Below, one piece after another: positions 40,725 to 49,008 of a DNA stretch of 64,000 nt. Made by a program: the position numbers and the translations under genes. This DNA comes from an uncultured Chloroflexia bacterium. Its GTDB lineage: Bacteria; Chloroflexota; Anaerolineae; CG2-30-64-16. The notes below the pieces were generated by a model. It was given only the letters and a program-made list of their open reading frames with translations, made no database searches and was not told the DNA's origin. Numbering within the stretch: position 1 is the stretch's first letter; each line of letters begins with the position of its first letter. The stretch covers positions 160,001 to 224,000 of the forward strand of contig CAVZDU010000008.1 in NCBI GenBank assembly GCA_963774265.1, written 5' to 3'.

Positions 40725-42610
40725 GCTCGATCCTCGATCACTTCCAATACCTCACACGCCACCTCGTATCGTCCGAAACTCGGCATCAGGTACACCCCCT
40801 GCACCTTGGGCAATTCGCGCAGCTCCAACAGCAACTCCTGCGCCATCTTCACACCTTCCTTACGCCCTTCCGAGCCGGCGCGTTCCATTCTCTGGAGCGC
40901 ACTCTCAGGGATTGTGATGCCCGGCACTTCATTGTGAAGGAAAGACGCGTGACGATGGCTCTGCAAAGGCAAGATGCCGATGAGAACAGGCACGGGGAAG
41001 GGACCGTGCCGCTCCTCATAGAGCTCGAAGAACCGTCTCCACAGCGACGCATCGAAAATCGGCTGCGTCATGGTCAAATGCGCGCCCGCGCTGGCCTTGC
41101 GACGGAAGCGATCGACCTCCCGGACCAGATCCAAGCGCGTGGGATCACTCGCCACCGCGATAGTGAACGACGCGCGTCCCCCGAATGGCTTGCCCGCGCG
41201 ATCCAGCCCTTGATTGAACTGGCTGATGATCTGCGCCAGCCCTATCGAATCAACATCGTAGACCGCGGAGCTGTCGTGTGTATCACCGAGGCTCGGGGGA
41301 TCCCCAGTCAGCGCAATGATGTTGCGAACGCCTAACGCGTGTGCGCCGATAAGATCGGCCTGCAAGCCCATCAGCGACCGATCGCGCGTGGTCAGGTGCA
41401 GGATAGTCTCGATGCCCACCTGCTGCTGAATAAGCACGCACAGGGCCAGCGCACCCATGCGCACGCGCGCCATCGGGCTATCCGCCACATTGACGGCATC
41501 CGCACCATGTTTCTGCGCGACGGCCGCGCCCTCCAGCATCTTTGCAGCGCTAAACCCTCGCGGTGGGTCCACCTCCACGCTCACGACAAACCGGCCTGCG
41601 TGCAGTTTTTTGAGCAGCCCTGTCGGCTCCGGCGCGACCTCATCGCCACCTTCCATACCGGGTGCAGTTACGCGCACCATTGGCAGCGGCACGAGTTCTT
41701 CCGCTCGCCTGGGCTGGCCTCGACCGATGACCTCGTCCAACGCAACGCGCATGGCCTGGATGTGCGCCGGGGTCGTGCCGCAGCACCCGCCCACCAGCGT
41801 CGCGCCCTGCGCCAGGAACTGAGGCACCCGCTCTGCAAAATAAAGCGGAGCTGACGGATAGATCATGCGCTCGCCCGACCGGTAGGGCAGGCCGGCATTG
41901 GGCATGGCCGATAACTTGAGTCCGGTCTCAGCCGCATGCATTTCAGCGATAAAATCGAGCAGGCGCGCTGGCCCCAGCGAGCAGTTGACCCCCGCAACGT
42001 CGACACCAGCAGCAGCAAGCGAGTGTGCCACATCCGCCGGCTTTGCGCCATCACCTGTCACGCCATCATGGCCAAATGTGACCTCTGCCACGATGGGCAG
42101 ATCGGTTGTCTGCCTGCCGACCCGCACGGCGAGGATCAATTCCTGGAGATCGGAGAAAGTCTCCAGAATCAACAGATCCGCACCGGCTTCCCACAAGGCA
42201 GCCATCTGCTCGCCAAACGCAGCCCGGGCCACCTCCACCAGCAGTGCGTTCTCGCGGCGGATGCGCTTGCCTGACGGACCGATCGAGCCGGCAATCCAGA
42301 CGGACCGACCGCTGATCTCACGCGCCTCGCGCGCCAGTTTCACGCCACGGAAATTGATGTCTCGTACGCGACCTTCGAGCCCATAGTCGACCAAACGCGG
42401 TCCGGACGCGCCGAACGTATTGCTTTGGATGATTTCTGCGCCTGCTCGGATATAGGCAAGGTGAATGTCGCGCACCCAATCCGGCTGCTCCAGGTTCAGC
42501 ACGTCCAGGCATTGGTCGAGCCGCGCGCCCTGAGCGTGCAACATGGTGCCCATCGCACCATCGCCTAGCAGCGGACCCTGTGCGAGACGGGCCAGAAAGG
42601 GATGATCCAT
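40721..42610 (-). CDS. yitJ: Bifunctional homocysteine S-methyltransferase / methylenetetrahydrofolate reductase
   Basis: True start ATG 42610 (AGGAG RBS; MDHPFL); DGAMGT, GVNC and GGCCGTTP motifs, then MTHFR part EVDPP, TGDP, TQP. Confidence 0.9.
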   Translation of the reverse strand: MDHPFLARLAQGPLLGDGAMGTMLHAQGARLDQCLDVLNLEQPDWVRDIHLAYIRAGAEIIQSNTFGASGPRLVDYGLEGRVRDINFRGVKLAREAREISGRSVWIAGSIGPSGKRIRRENALLVEVARAAFGEQMAALWEAGADLLILETFSDLQELILAVRVGRQTTDLPIVAEVTFGHDGVTGDGAKPADVAHSLAAAGVDVAGVNCSLGPARLLDFIAEMHAAETGLKLSAMPNAGLPYRSGERMIYPSAPLYFAERVPQFLAQGATLVGGCCGTTPAHIQAMRVALDEVIGRGQPRRAEELVPLPMVRVTAPGMEGGDEVAPEPTGLLKKLHAGRFVVSVEVDPPRGFSAAKMLEGAAVAQKHGADAVNVADSPMARVRMGALALCVLIQQQVGIETILHLTTRDRSLMGLQADLIGAHALGVRNIIALTGDPPSLGDTHDSSAVYDVDSIGLAQIISQFNQGLDRAGKPFGGRASFTIAVASDPTRLDLVREVDRFRRKASAGAHLTMTQPIFDASLWRRFFELYEERHGPFPVPVLIGILPLQSHRHASFLHNEVPGITIPESALQRMERAGSEGRKEGVKMAQELLLELRELPKVQGVYLMPSFGRYEVACEVLEVIEDRA

Positions 42611-42742
42611 GCAGTCTCCTATTGGTCCGGCGATTATAGCATCTGGCTTGCGCCGCGCCAATTGCCACCCCCCATGAAGGGTGCTATAATCGCAGCGCAC
42701 TGCTTCTCTACCGGCCGTCATCATTTCGCCCCGGAGGTTGCC

Positions 42743-44041
42743 ATGAGTCGACGAGGGACGCGCCTGCTGGCATGGTTGGTGGTCCTTGCATTGAGCCTGA
42801 CCTTCGCTGCCTTGAACGCCGCCTCGACGCCAGCTGCAGCCCAATCCGCCACTCCGGCAGCCAATACCGCTCCCGCAACCGGCGCAACACCTGAGGCAAC
42901 CGCAGGCACACCGGGTACGCCGACGCCAACCCGAACCCCAACGCTTACGCCTACCCCGACTGCAACTCTCACAGAGCTGCAGGCGCAAATCGTGCTGGCA
43001 CAGACCTTCCTGGACGGGAAGGACTATGAGAGCGCCGCGGACCTCTTTGCTGAAATCCTGGCTGACAACCGCGGTAACCCGGAAGCGCTGGCAGGATTGA
43101 AGGCGGCGTTGGATGGCCAGGCAGCTCACATGGCCACAATGATTGCGCCGCTGCCAACTGAGGCGCCAACGGCTGCACCTGAAGCTGTAGCCCCGACCCT
43201 GGCAGAGACGACGCGCGCGAAAGTGCTCGATATCAGCGGCACGGTGCTGGCCGCGCTGGCGGCCGTGGTGTTGCTCTACTTTGCGGCAGCCTTGCTGCGG
43301 TGGCTCTTGGCTGCGCTGCGCGAGCTTTGGTACACACGCATTCTCCCGTTGCTTAACCGCCCCGCCGTGCCGCCTGGCTTTCTGATCGGCGAGTTCAACA
43401 ATTTGGTTGGTGCCGATGCCGAGGGTGCAGCACGTGTTGTGCCGCTGGCCATGACCGAAAAGCTGATCGCATGGAACCGGCTCGTTCAGGACAAACAAGT
43501 GCCCGTTGAGATGGCGCCGGCCCTGGACCTGGGCCCCATGGCGTGGATCAAAGTGCTGTGGAGTTGGATCTTGCCGCCCGCGCGCGGCTACCGCGTCACC
43601 GGCACCCTGCTGAATGGATCGGCCGGCGCGTTCCAGTTGGCCGTGCAACGCACCGACCTGGGGCACAACATCGTCGATCGCAGCACGATCTTCGAGCGAC
43701 GCTCCCCGTCTTCCGAGGAGGCTTTTCGGCTGATGGCGGGAGAAGCAGCCAAATGGCTGGTTAAGCCGGCCGACATGGAGGCTGACAAAGCGGTGGCGGC
43801 AGCCAAGCGTGCGGTGGGCGATGGCACAGCCCTATCAACGAGCGAGGTCTTCGACCAGGCGCTCGATCTGCTTTCGCCCGTGCGACAGCAGATCAATCAA
43901 GGATTGGTCGATTACGCTGACGCGCGCCAACGCTTGCGCCAGGCCGAAGCAATGGTTGCACAGTTGCCCAGCGCCTCAGAACTACGCGCTGAGTTGACGA
44001 AGGTGATTGGGAGCCTGCGCAAATCAGTTCCTGGGGGTTGA
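42743..44041 (+). CDS. Hypothetical membrane protein (signal peptide, Pro/Thr linker, TPR-like helix pair, TM, C-terminal domain)
   Basis: GGAGG + ATG 42743; TGCTATAAT at 42682-42690 upstream; composition of the ORF. Confidence 0.7.
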   Translation: MSRRGTRLLAWLVVLALSLTFAALNAASTPAAAQSATPAANTAPATGATPEATAGTPGTPTPTRTPTLTPTPTATLTELQAQIVLAQTFLDGKDYESAADLFAEILADNRGNPEALAGLKAALDGQAAHMATMIAPLPTEAPTAAPEAVAPTLAETTRAKVLDISGTVLAALAAVVLLYFAAALLRWLLAALRELWYTRILPLLNRPAVPPGFLIGEFNNLVGADAEGAARVVPLAMTEKLIAWNRLVQDKQVPVEMAPALDLGPMAWIKVLWSWILPPARGYRVTGTLLNGSAGAFQLAVQRTDLGHNIVDRSTIFERRSPSSEEAFRLMAGEAAKWLVKPADMEADKAVAAAKRAVGDGTALSTSEVFDQALDLLSPVRQQINQGLVDYADARQRLRQAEAMVAQLPSASELRAELTKVIGSLRKSVPGG

Positions 44042-44065
44042 CAGCGCAGGCGAGACTGCTATAAT
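44038..44065 (+). promoter_or_regulatory. Sigma70-type promoter for the valS leader
   Basis: TTGACA (44038-43), 16-bp spacer ending TGC, TATAAT (44060-65). Confidence 0.85.
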
Positions 44066-44077
44066 AACACCATAAAA

Positions 44078-44352
44078 GACGCTGAACCGGAGGAGTAGGC
44101 CGTGGCGGTTTGCACCGCCGTGCCGTCGCCAGAGAGTGGGGGTCACCGGGTGGAAGCCCCCAACCGATGTGAGCGAGGCCGAAAGTCGCCGGGGAGTCGG
44201 GTCGCTGAATTGCGGCTGAGCCGCTTGTAGGCAGCCACGGGTGAGCCCGTTACAGCACAGAGTGGGCAGTGAAAGCGGCTGCGTGCGGTCGTCCATTGCC
44301 AACCAAGGTGGCACCGCGGAGACCTTCCGTCCTTGAGACGGAGGGTCTTTTT
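44078..44352 (+). promoter_or_regulatory. T-box riboswitch (Val specifier GUC) with intrinsic terminator
   Basis: Stem I with AGTA box, AGAGAG and GGTGGAA loops, GAA-A-GTC (44185-87); T-box AAGGTGGCACCGCG (44305-18); terminator AGACCTTCCGTC/GACGGAGGGTCT-TTTT (44320-44352); directly upstream of valS. Confidence 0.92.
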
Positions 44353-44375
44353 ATTGCGATACTGAAGGAGGACTT

Positions 44376-47120
44376 ATGTCATCTTTTGAAATGCCTAAGA
44401 CCTATGATCCCAGCGCATCCGAGGCCAGGATCTACGACTGGTGGGAGGCGTCCGGCTTCTTCAAGCCTGAAATCGCAGCCCCCGACGCGGAGCCCTTCGT
44501 GATCTCGATACCGCCACCCAATATCACGGGTGAGCTGCACCTTGGCCACGCGATGTTCGTGTCGCTGGAAGACCTGATGATCCGCTACAAGCGCATGCGG
44601 GGTTACGCGGCGCTGTGGTTGCCGGGGTACGACCACGCAGGAATCGCTACGCAACTACAAGTTGAGAAGATGCTCACCAGAGAAGGAGTCCGACGGCAGG
44701 ACGTAGGCCGCGAGGAGTTCCTTCGCCGAACCTGGGAGTGGAAGGAGAAGTACGGCGGCCACATCGTGCGCCAGCTCCGTCGACTGGGCGCATCGTGCGA
44801 CTGGGATCGCCTGCGCTTCACCATGGACGACGGGTTGAGCCGTGCGGTGCGTGAAGCGTTCGTGCGCCTCTACCGCATGGGCCTGATCTACCGCGGAGAG
44901 TACCTGATCAACTGGTCGCCAGGCTTGCAGACTGCGGTCAGCGATCTGGAAGTGGAGTACAGCGAAGAAGAGGTCACCCTCTACCACTTCAAATATCCGA
45001 TTGCGGGCGCCAATCTGGACGATGGTCCAGGCAAAGGCTACATCCCGGTGGCGACCACGCGGCCCGAGACGATCCTGGGCGACACTGCTGTTGCCGTCCA
45101 TCCGGATGACGAGCGTTACCGGCACCTGATCGGAGCAACCTGTCTCGTGCCCATGCTGAAGCGCGCCATCCCCATCATTCACGACACCTACGTGGACATG
45201 GCTTTCGGCACCGGTGCGCTGAAAATCACACCTGGCCACGACCCGAACGACTTCGCCATCGGCCAACGGCATGGTCTTCAAATCATCAACGTGCTGGACC
45301 GCAACGTCAAGATGAGTGCGGCGGCAGGGCCGCATTACGCGGGCCTCGATCGCTTCGAATGCCGTAAGAAGCTGTGGGCCGACATGGAAGCTGCAGGCCT
45401 GACCATCAAAAGCGAGAAATACCGCACCCAGGTGCCCAGGTCCCAGCGCGGCGGCGAGATCGTAGAGCCGATGGTGAGCACCCAATGGTTCGTCAAGATC
45501 AAGCCGCTGGCCGACATGGGCCTCGAAGCCGTGCGATCGGGTCGCATCACCATCGTCCCGGACCGCTTCACCAAGGTATACTACAACTGGCTCGAAAACA
45601 TCCGTGATTGGTGCATCAGCCGGCAACTGTGGTGGGGCCACCGCATCCCCGCATGGCATTGCGCGGACTGTCGCGGCATGACCGTGGCCAAGACCGATCC
45701 GACCCGGTGCGAGCATTGCGGCTCAACCCGTATCGAGCAAGATCCGGACGTGCTGGACACGTGGTTCTCCTCCGGGCTGTGGCCCTTCTCAACCCTGGGC
45801 TGGCCCGACGACACGCCGGATCTGCGGCGTTTCTACCCAACAACGGTTATGGAGACCGCGTACGACATCCTGTTCTTTTGGGTGGCGCGCATGATCATGC
45901 AGGGCCTGGTTTTCACGAACGACATCCCGTTCGAAACGGTTTACCTGCACGGCATTATCCGGGATGATCAAGGTCGCAAGATGTCTAAGACAATCGGCAA
46001 CGTCTTGGACCCCATCGCTTTGCTGGATGGTGCGAAGCCAGAGGGCCTAGATAATTATGTACGCCACCAGTATCCGGACGGCATCCCAGCCATGGGCGCC
46101 GACGCGTTGCGCTTCACCCTGCTCACTGGGACCACTGCCGGCACTGACATGAACCTGAGCCTTCAACGTGTAGAGGGTAACCGCAATTTCACCAATAAGA
46201 TCTGGAACGCGACGCGCTACATCCTGTCGCAGCTCAACGATGACGCCGCAGCGACAATCGACCTGACCCAGGCGGAACTTGCGTTGCCTGAGCGTTGGAT
46301 TCTCAGTCGCCTGTCCGCCACAGTCGCGGATGCAACCCGGCTGATGGACACGTTCCAGTTCGGTGAGGCCGGCCGCCAGATCTATGACTTCTTCTGGAGC
46401 GAATTCTGCGACTGGTACCTCGAGATCAGCAAGATCACCATGTACCGCGGATCGAAAGAGGCCAAAGCTCGTACGCAGGCCGTGCTGATCCGTGTGCTGG
46501 ATGAGTCGCTGCGGCTGCTGCATCCGTTCATCCCGTTCGTAACCGAAGAGACATGGGGATATCTGAAGCAGGCTGTGAGCGCAGCAGACTGGCCTGCCGG
46601 CCTGATAGTTGCCCCGTGGCCAACGACCGCCCAGCGCGATGAGACGGCCGAGTCGGAGATGGGCCTGATCATGGAGATGGTGCGCGCGATACGCAACGCG
46701 CGCGCCGAGTACGACGTGAAACCGGGTCAGTTGCTGGCGGCCAGCATCGGCGCAGGCGACCGCGCAGAAGGATTGCGCCGACATGCGGAGATCCTTTGCA
46801 CCCTGGCCCGCCTGGATCCCGCGCGACTCACCATCGGTGAACAGGTCGACACGCCTGACAAGGCCCTGACCCTGGTGACAGGCTCAGTCACGGCTTACTT
46901 ACCTCTGGCCGACTTGATCGACTTTGAGGCGGAACGCATGCGGCTCGGAAAGGAGTTGGCGGACACGGAGTCACAGATCGCGCGTGGGCGGAATCTGCTT
47001 GATGGACCCTTCGCGCAGCGGGCGCCTGCCAATGTGGTACAACGCGAGCGTGACAAAGTGGCCGAACTGGAGGCGCGTGGGGCACGACTGCGCGAACGCC
47101 TTGCCGAACTCTCAGCTTGA
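44376..47120 (+). CDS. valS: Valine--tRNA ligase
   Basis: PPPNITGELHLGH, WCISRQLWWGH, DVLDTWFSS and KMSK motifs; C-terminal coiled coil. Confidence 0.97.
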   Translation: MSSFEMPKTYDPSASEARIYDWWEASGFFKPEIAAPDAEPFVISIPPPNITGELHLGHAMFVSLEDLMIRYKRMRGYAALWLPGYDHAGIATQLQVEKMLTREGVRRQDVGREEFLRRTWEWKEKYGGHIVRQLRRLGASCDWDRLRFTMDDGLSRAVREAFVRLYRMGLIYRGEYLINWSPGLQTAVSDLEVEYSEEEVTLYHFKYPIAGANLDDGPGKGYIPVATTRPETILGDTAVAVHPDDERYRHLIGATCLVPMLKRAIPIIHDTYVDMAFGTGALKITPGHDPNDFAIGQRHGLQIINVLDRNVKMSAAAGPHYAGLDRFECRKKLWADMEAAGLTIKSEKYRTQVPRSQRGGEIVEPMVSTQWFVKIKPLADMGLEAVRSGRITIVPDRFTKVYYNWLENIRDWCISRQLWWGHRIPAWHCADCRGMTVAKTDPTRCEHCGSTRIEQDPDVLDTWFSSGLWPFSTLGWPDDTPDLRRFYPTTVMETAYDILFFWVARMIMQGLVFTNDIPFETVYLHGIIRDDQGRKMSKTIGNVLDPIALLDGAKPEGLDNYVRHQYPDGIPAMGADALRFTLLTGTTAGTDMNLSLQRVEGNRNFTNKIWNATRYILSQLNDDAAATIDLTQAELALPERWILSRLSATVADATRLMDTFQFGEAGRQIYDFFWSEFCDWYLEISKITMYRGSKEAKARTQAVLIRVLDESLRLLHPFIPFVTEETWGYLKQAVSAADWPAGLIVAPWPTTAQRDETAESEMGLIMEMVRAIRNARAEYDVKPGQLLAASIGAGDRAEGLRRHAEILCTLARLDPARLTIGEQVDTPDKALTLVTGSVTAYLPLADLIDFEAERMRLGKELADTESQIARGRNLLDGPFAQRAPANVVQRERDKVAELEARGARLRERLAELSA

Positions 47121-47228
47121 CGCGAAGCAGGTCTGGCGTCCATTAGCCCAACGCAGACTGACGCCACGCGCAATTTTCTTGGGAGATTTCTACTGTCATG
47201 CCCTACTCCATTCCTGAATGCGAGATGC

Positions 47229-47284
47229 ATGACATTTATCACATGACTTAGATCATAGACAAACGCGAACAAAGTGCGTAACAT
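47229..47284 (+). promoter_or_regulatory. Tandem CRP/FNR-like boxes plus -10 element
   Basis: ATGAC-ATTT-ATCAC (47229-42) and ATGAC-TTAG-ATCAT (47243-56); TAACAT at 47279-84. Confidence 0.5.
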
Positions 47285-47290
47285 ACTCGA

Positions 47291-47441
47291 TAAGACAGGC
47301 GTATCGATCGCAGCATCATTGCTCATCGCAGCATCATCGCAGCAGCCCTGATACGCCTGATCTCAGACATAGTCAGGCCGCTCCATTGCCTGTCACAAAT
47401 CCCTGGTGGTGAAGGCCGTCGCTTCCCACCGGGGGTTTTTT
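47291..47441 (+). ncRNA. Candidate ~150-nt sRNA or attenuated leader
   Basis: Lies between the predicted promoter and a strong terminator; three ATCGCAGCA repeats; GCCTGA/TCAGGC hairpin; no convincing ORF. Confidence 0.4.
47397..47441 (+). terminator. Intrinsic terminator
   Basis: CCCTGGTGG-tGAAG...CTTC-CCACCGGGG followed by GTTTTTT. Confidence 0.75.
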
Positions 47442-47470
47442 GTGCTAAGCTCTGGGACAGAGAGGATGGT

Positions 47471-47731
47471 ATGGACAAAATTCTCGTGACAATCGGCGGT
47501 CAACCCGTATATCGAAAAGGCGAGGCGCCTGACCTCGGGCCTGCAACATCATATCGAGACGCGCGTGACGCGTCGGGGCATCTGCTTGCGAACACCGAGA
47601 TGTCGCCCAGTGGTTGGGTAAGCGGTGGTAACGAAGAAACTATCGAGGCCGGTCTGCCTTTTCTCGGCGCTTTCTTGGCCGTCATCCTGTTTACAATCGT
47701 CGCACTGATTCTGGCCAAACGAACTCGATAG
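47471..47731 (+). CDS. Small hypothetical membrane protein (C-terminal TM)
   Basis: GAGGA RBS; 86 aa; hydrophobic C-terminal helix followed by KRTR. Confidence 0.65.
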   Translation: MDKILVTIGGQPVYRKGEAPDLGPATSYRDARDASGHLLANTEMSPSGWVSGGNEETIEAGLPFLGAFLAVILFTIVALILAKRTR

Positions 47732-47814
47732 ACCCCCATCTTAGCACTTTGCAGCGGCGCGCTTCGCCAGCGTTGCCCTTCATGACTGTCACTAATAAAA
47801 CAAGTCCTCTGAGC

Positions 47815-47856
47815 ATGACGGGCGTCATATAGTGCGCACAATAACAGAGTTATAAT
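47815..47856 (+). promoter_or_regulatory. CRP/FNR-like class II promoter for the cytochrome operon
   Basis: Perfect palindrome ATGAC-GGGC-GTCAT (47815-28), centred 29.5 bp upstream of TATAAT (47851-56), i.e. about -41.5. Confidence 0.6.
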
Positions 47857-47912
47857 ATCCGTCTGTGCCTTTCCGCGCTTAACCACACTAGATCGCATAG
47901 AGGAGAGAGCTT

Positions 47913-49007
47913 ATGACCGTTGCTTGCCCTGGCAGGCAGCATTTGCGATGGATTGTCGCAGCAGGCCTGGCGTGTCTGCTCTTTGTCGCGCTGGTCGCCG
48001 GCGCCAACGCCCAGGCGGGCGACAATTCCACCTGTCTTGGCTGCCATACGACACCCGGGTTGAGCGTTGAGCTCGCCAGTGGCGAAACCTTGCCCCTTAT
48101 CATCGACCCCCAAGTCTACGGGGCGTCCGTGCACGCCAGTCAGACCTGTACATCTTGCCACACGAACATTGATGGTTACCCGCACCCGAAAGTAACCGCG
48201 GGCGACCGTCGTTCGTTTCAGATGGAACGCTACCAGCAATGCCGGAGTTGTCACGAGGATCAATACAGGCAGTCGCTGGACAGCAACCATGCGCGGGAAC
48301 TGGCGGCCGGTAATCGCAATGCGGCTATCTGCACCGACTGTCACGGCGCACACAACGTGACCAAAGCCGATTCGCCGCGACAGAAAGTCTCCACCACCTG
48401 CCAAAAATGCCACAGTGCGATTTACGATCAGTACGCAACGAGCATTCATGGCGCGGCCTTGCTGGATGACAGCAACCCGGACGTGCCAACGTGCACCAAT
48501 TGCCACGGCGCACACACGCAGGAAGACCCGACCACCGCGGCCTTCCGTCTGAAGTCGCCCAACATCTGCGGCGACTGTCATGCCAACGCGGCGCTGATGC
48601 AAAAGTATGGCATCTCGACGCAGGTCTTCACTACCTACGTGGCTGACTTCCACGGCACGACCGTGACTTTGTTTGAGCGCCAGCACCCTGACCAGCCGAC
48701 CAACAAGGCCGTCTGCACGGATTGCCACGGCGTGCACAACATCGCGCCGGTCACAGGCGAAAAGACCGAGGTAGTCAAGCAGAACCTGCTGGTGACCTGT
48801 CAACGCTGTCACCCCGAAGCCACGGCAAACTTCCCGGATAGTTGGGTGGGCCACTTTGTACCGAGCCCCACCAATCAGCCGTTGGTGTATTACGTCAACC
48901 TTTTCTACAAGATCCTTATCCCAGGTGTGATCGGTGCCATGCTGCTATTTGTCGGCCTTGATCTTGTGAGCCGGATCGTGCGTCGCACCCGGCGGAAGGA
49001 GGCGTGA
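47913..49007 (+). CDS. Nine-heme c-type cytochrome with C-terminal membrane anchor (CbcL periplasmic-domain-like)
   Basis: Signal peptide; 9 CxxCH motifs (CLGCH, CTSCH, CRSCH, CTDCH, CQKCH, CTNCH, CGDCH, CTDCH, CQRCH); C-terminal TM. Confidence 0.9.
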   Translation: MTVACPGRQHLRWIVAAGLACLLFVALVAGANAQAGDNSTCLGCHTTPGLSVELASGETLPLIIDPQVYGASVHASQTCTSCHTNIDGYPHPKVTAGDRRSFQMERYQQCRSCHEDQYRQSLDSNHARELAAGNRNAAICTDCHGAHNVTKADSPRQKVSTTCQKCHSAIYDQYATSIHGAALLDDSNPDVPTCTNCHGAHTQEDPTTAAFRLKSPNICGDCHANAALMQKYGISTQVFTTYVADFHGTTVTLFERQHPDQPTNKAVCTDCHGVHNIAPVTGEKTEVVKQNLLVTCQRCHPEATANFPDSWVGHFVPSPTNQPLVYYVNLFYKILIPGVIGAMLLFVGLDLVSRIVRRTRRKEA

Positions 49008-49008
49008 G

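Noticed and set aside
42611-43666. N-terminal ~350 aa of the 981-aa ORF 40721-43666
   Set aside because: Antisense shadow of the + strand gene at 42743; YitJ homology and an RBS start at ATG 42610.
47274-47351. GTG-started 25-aa ORF as a leader peptide
   Set aside because: No RBS, it begins upstream of the predicted transcription start, and it has no telling amino-acid run; the Ile-rich alternative frame has no start codon.
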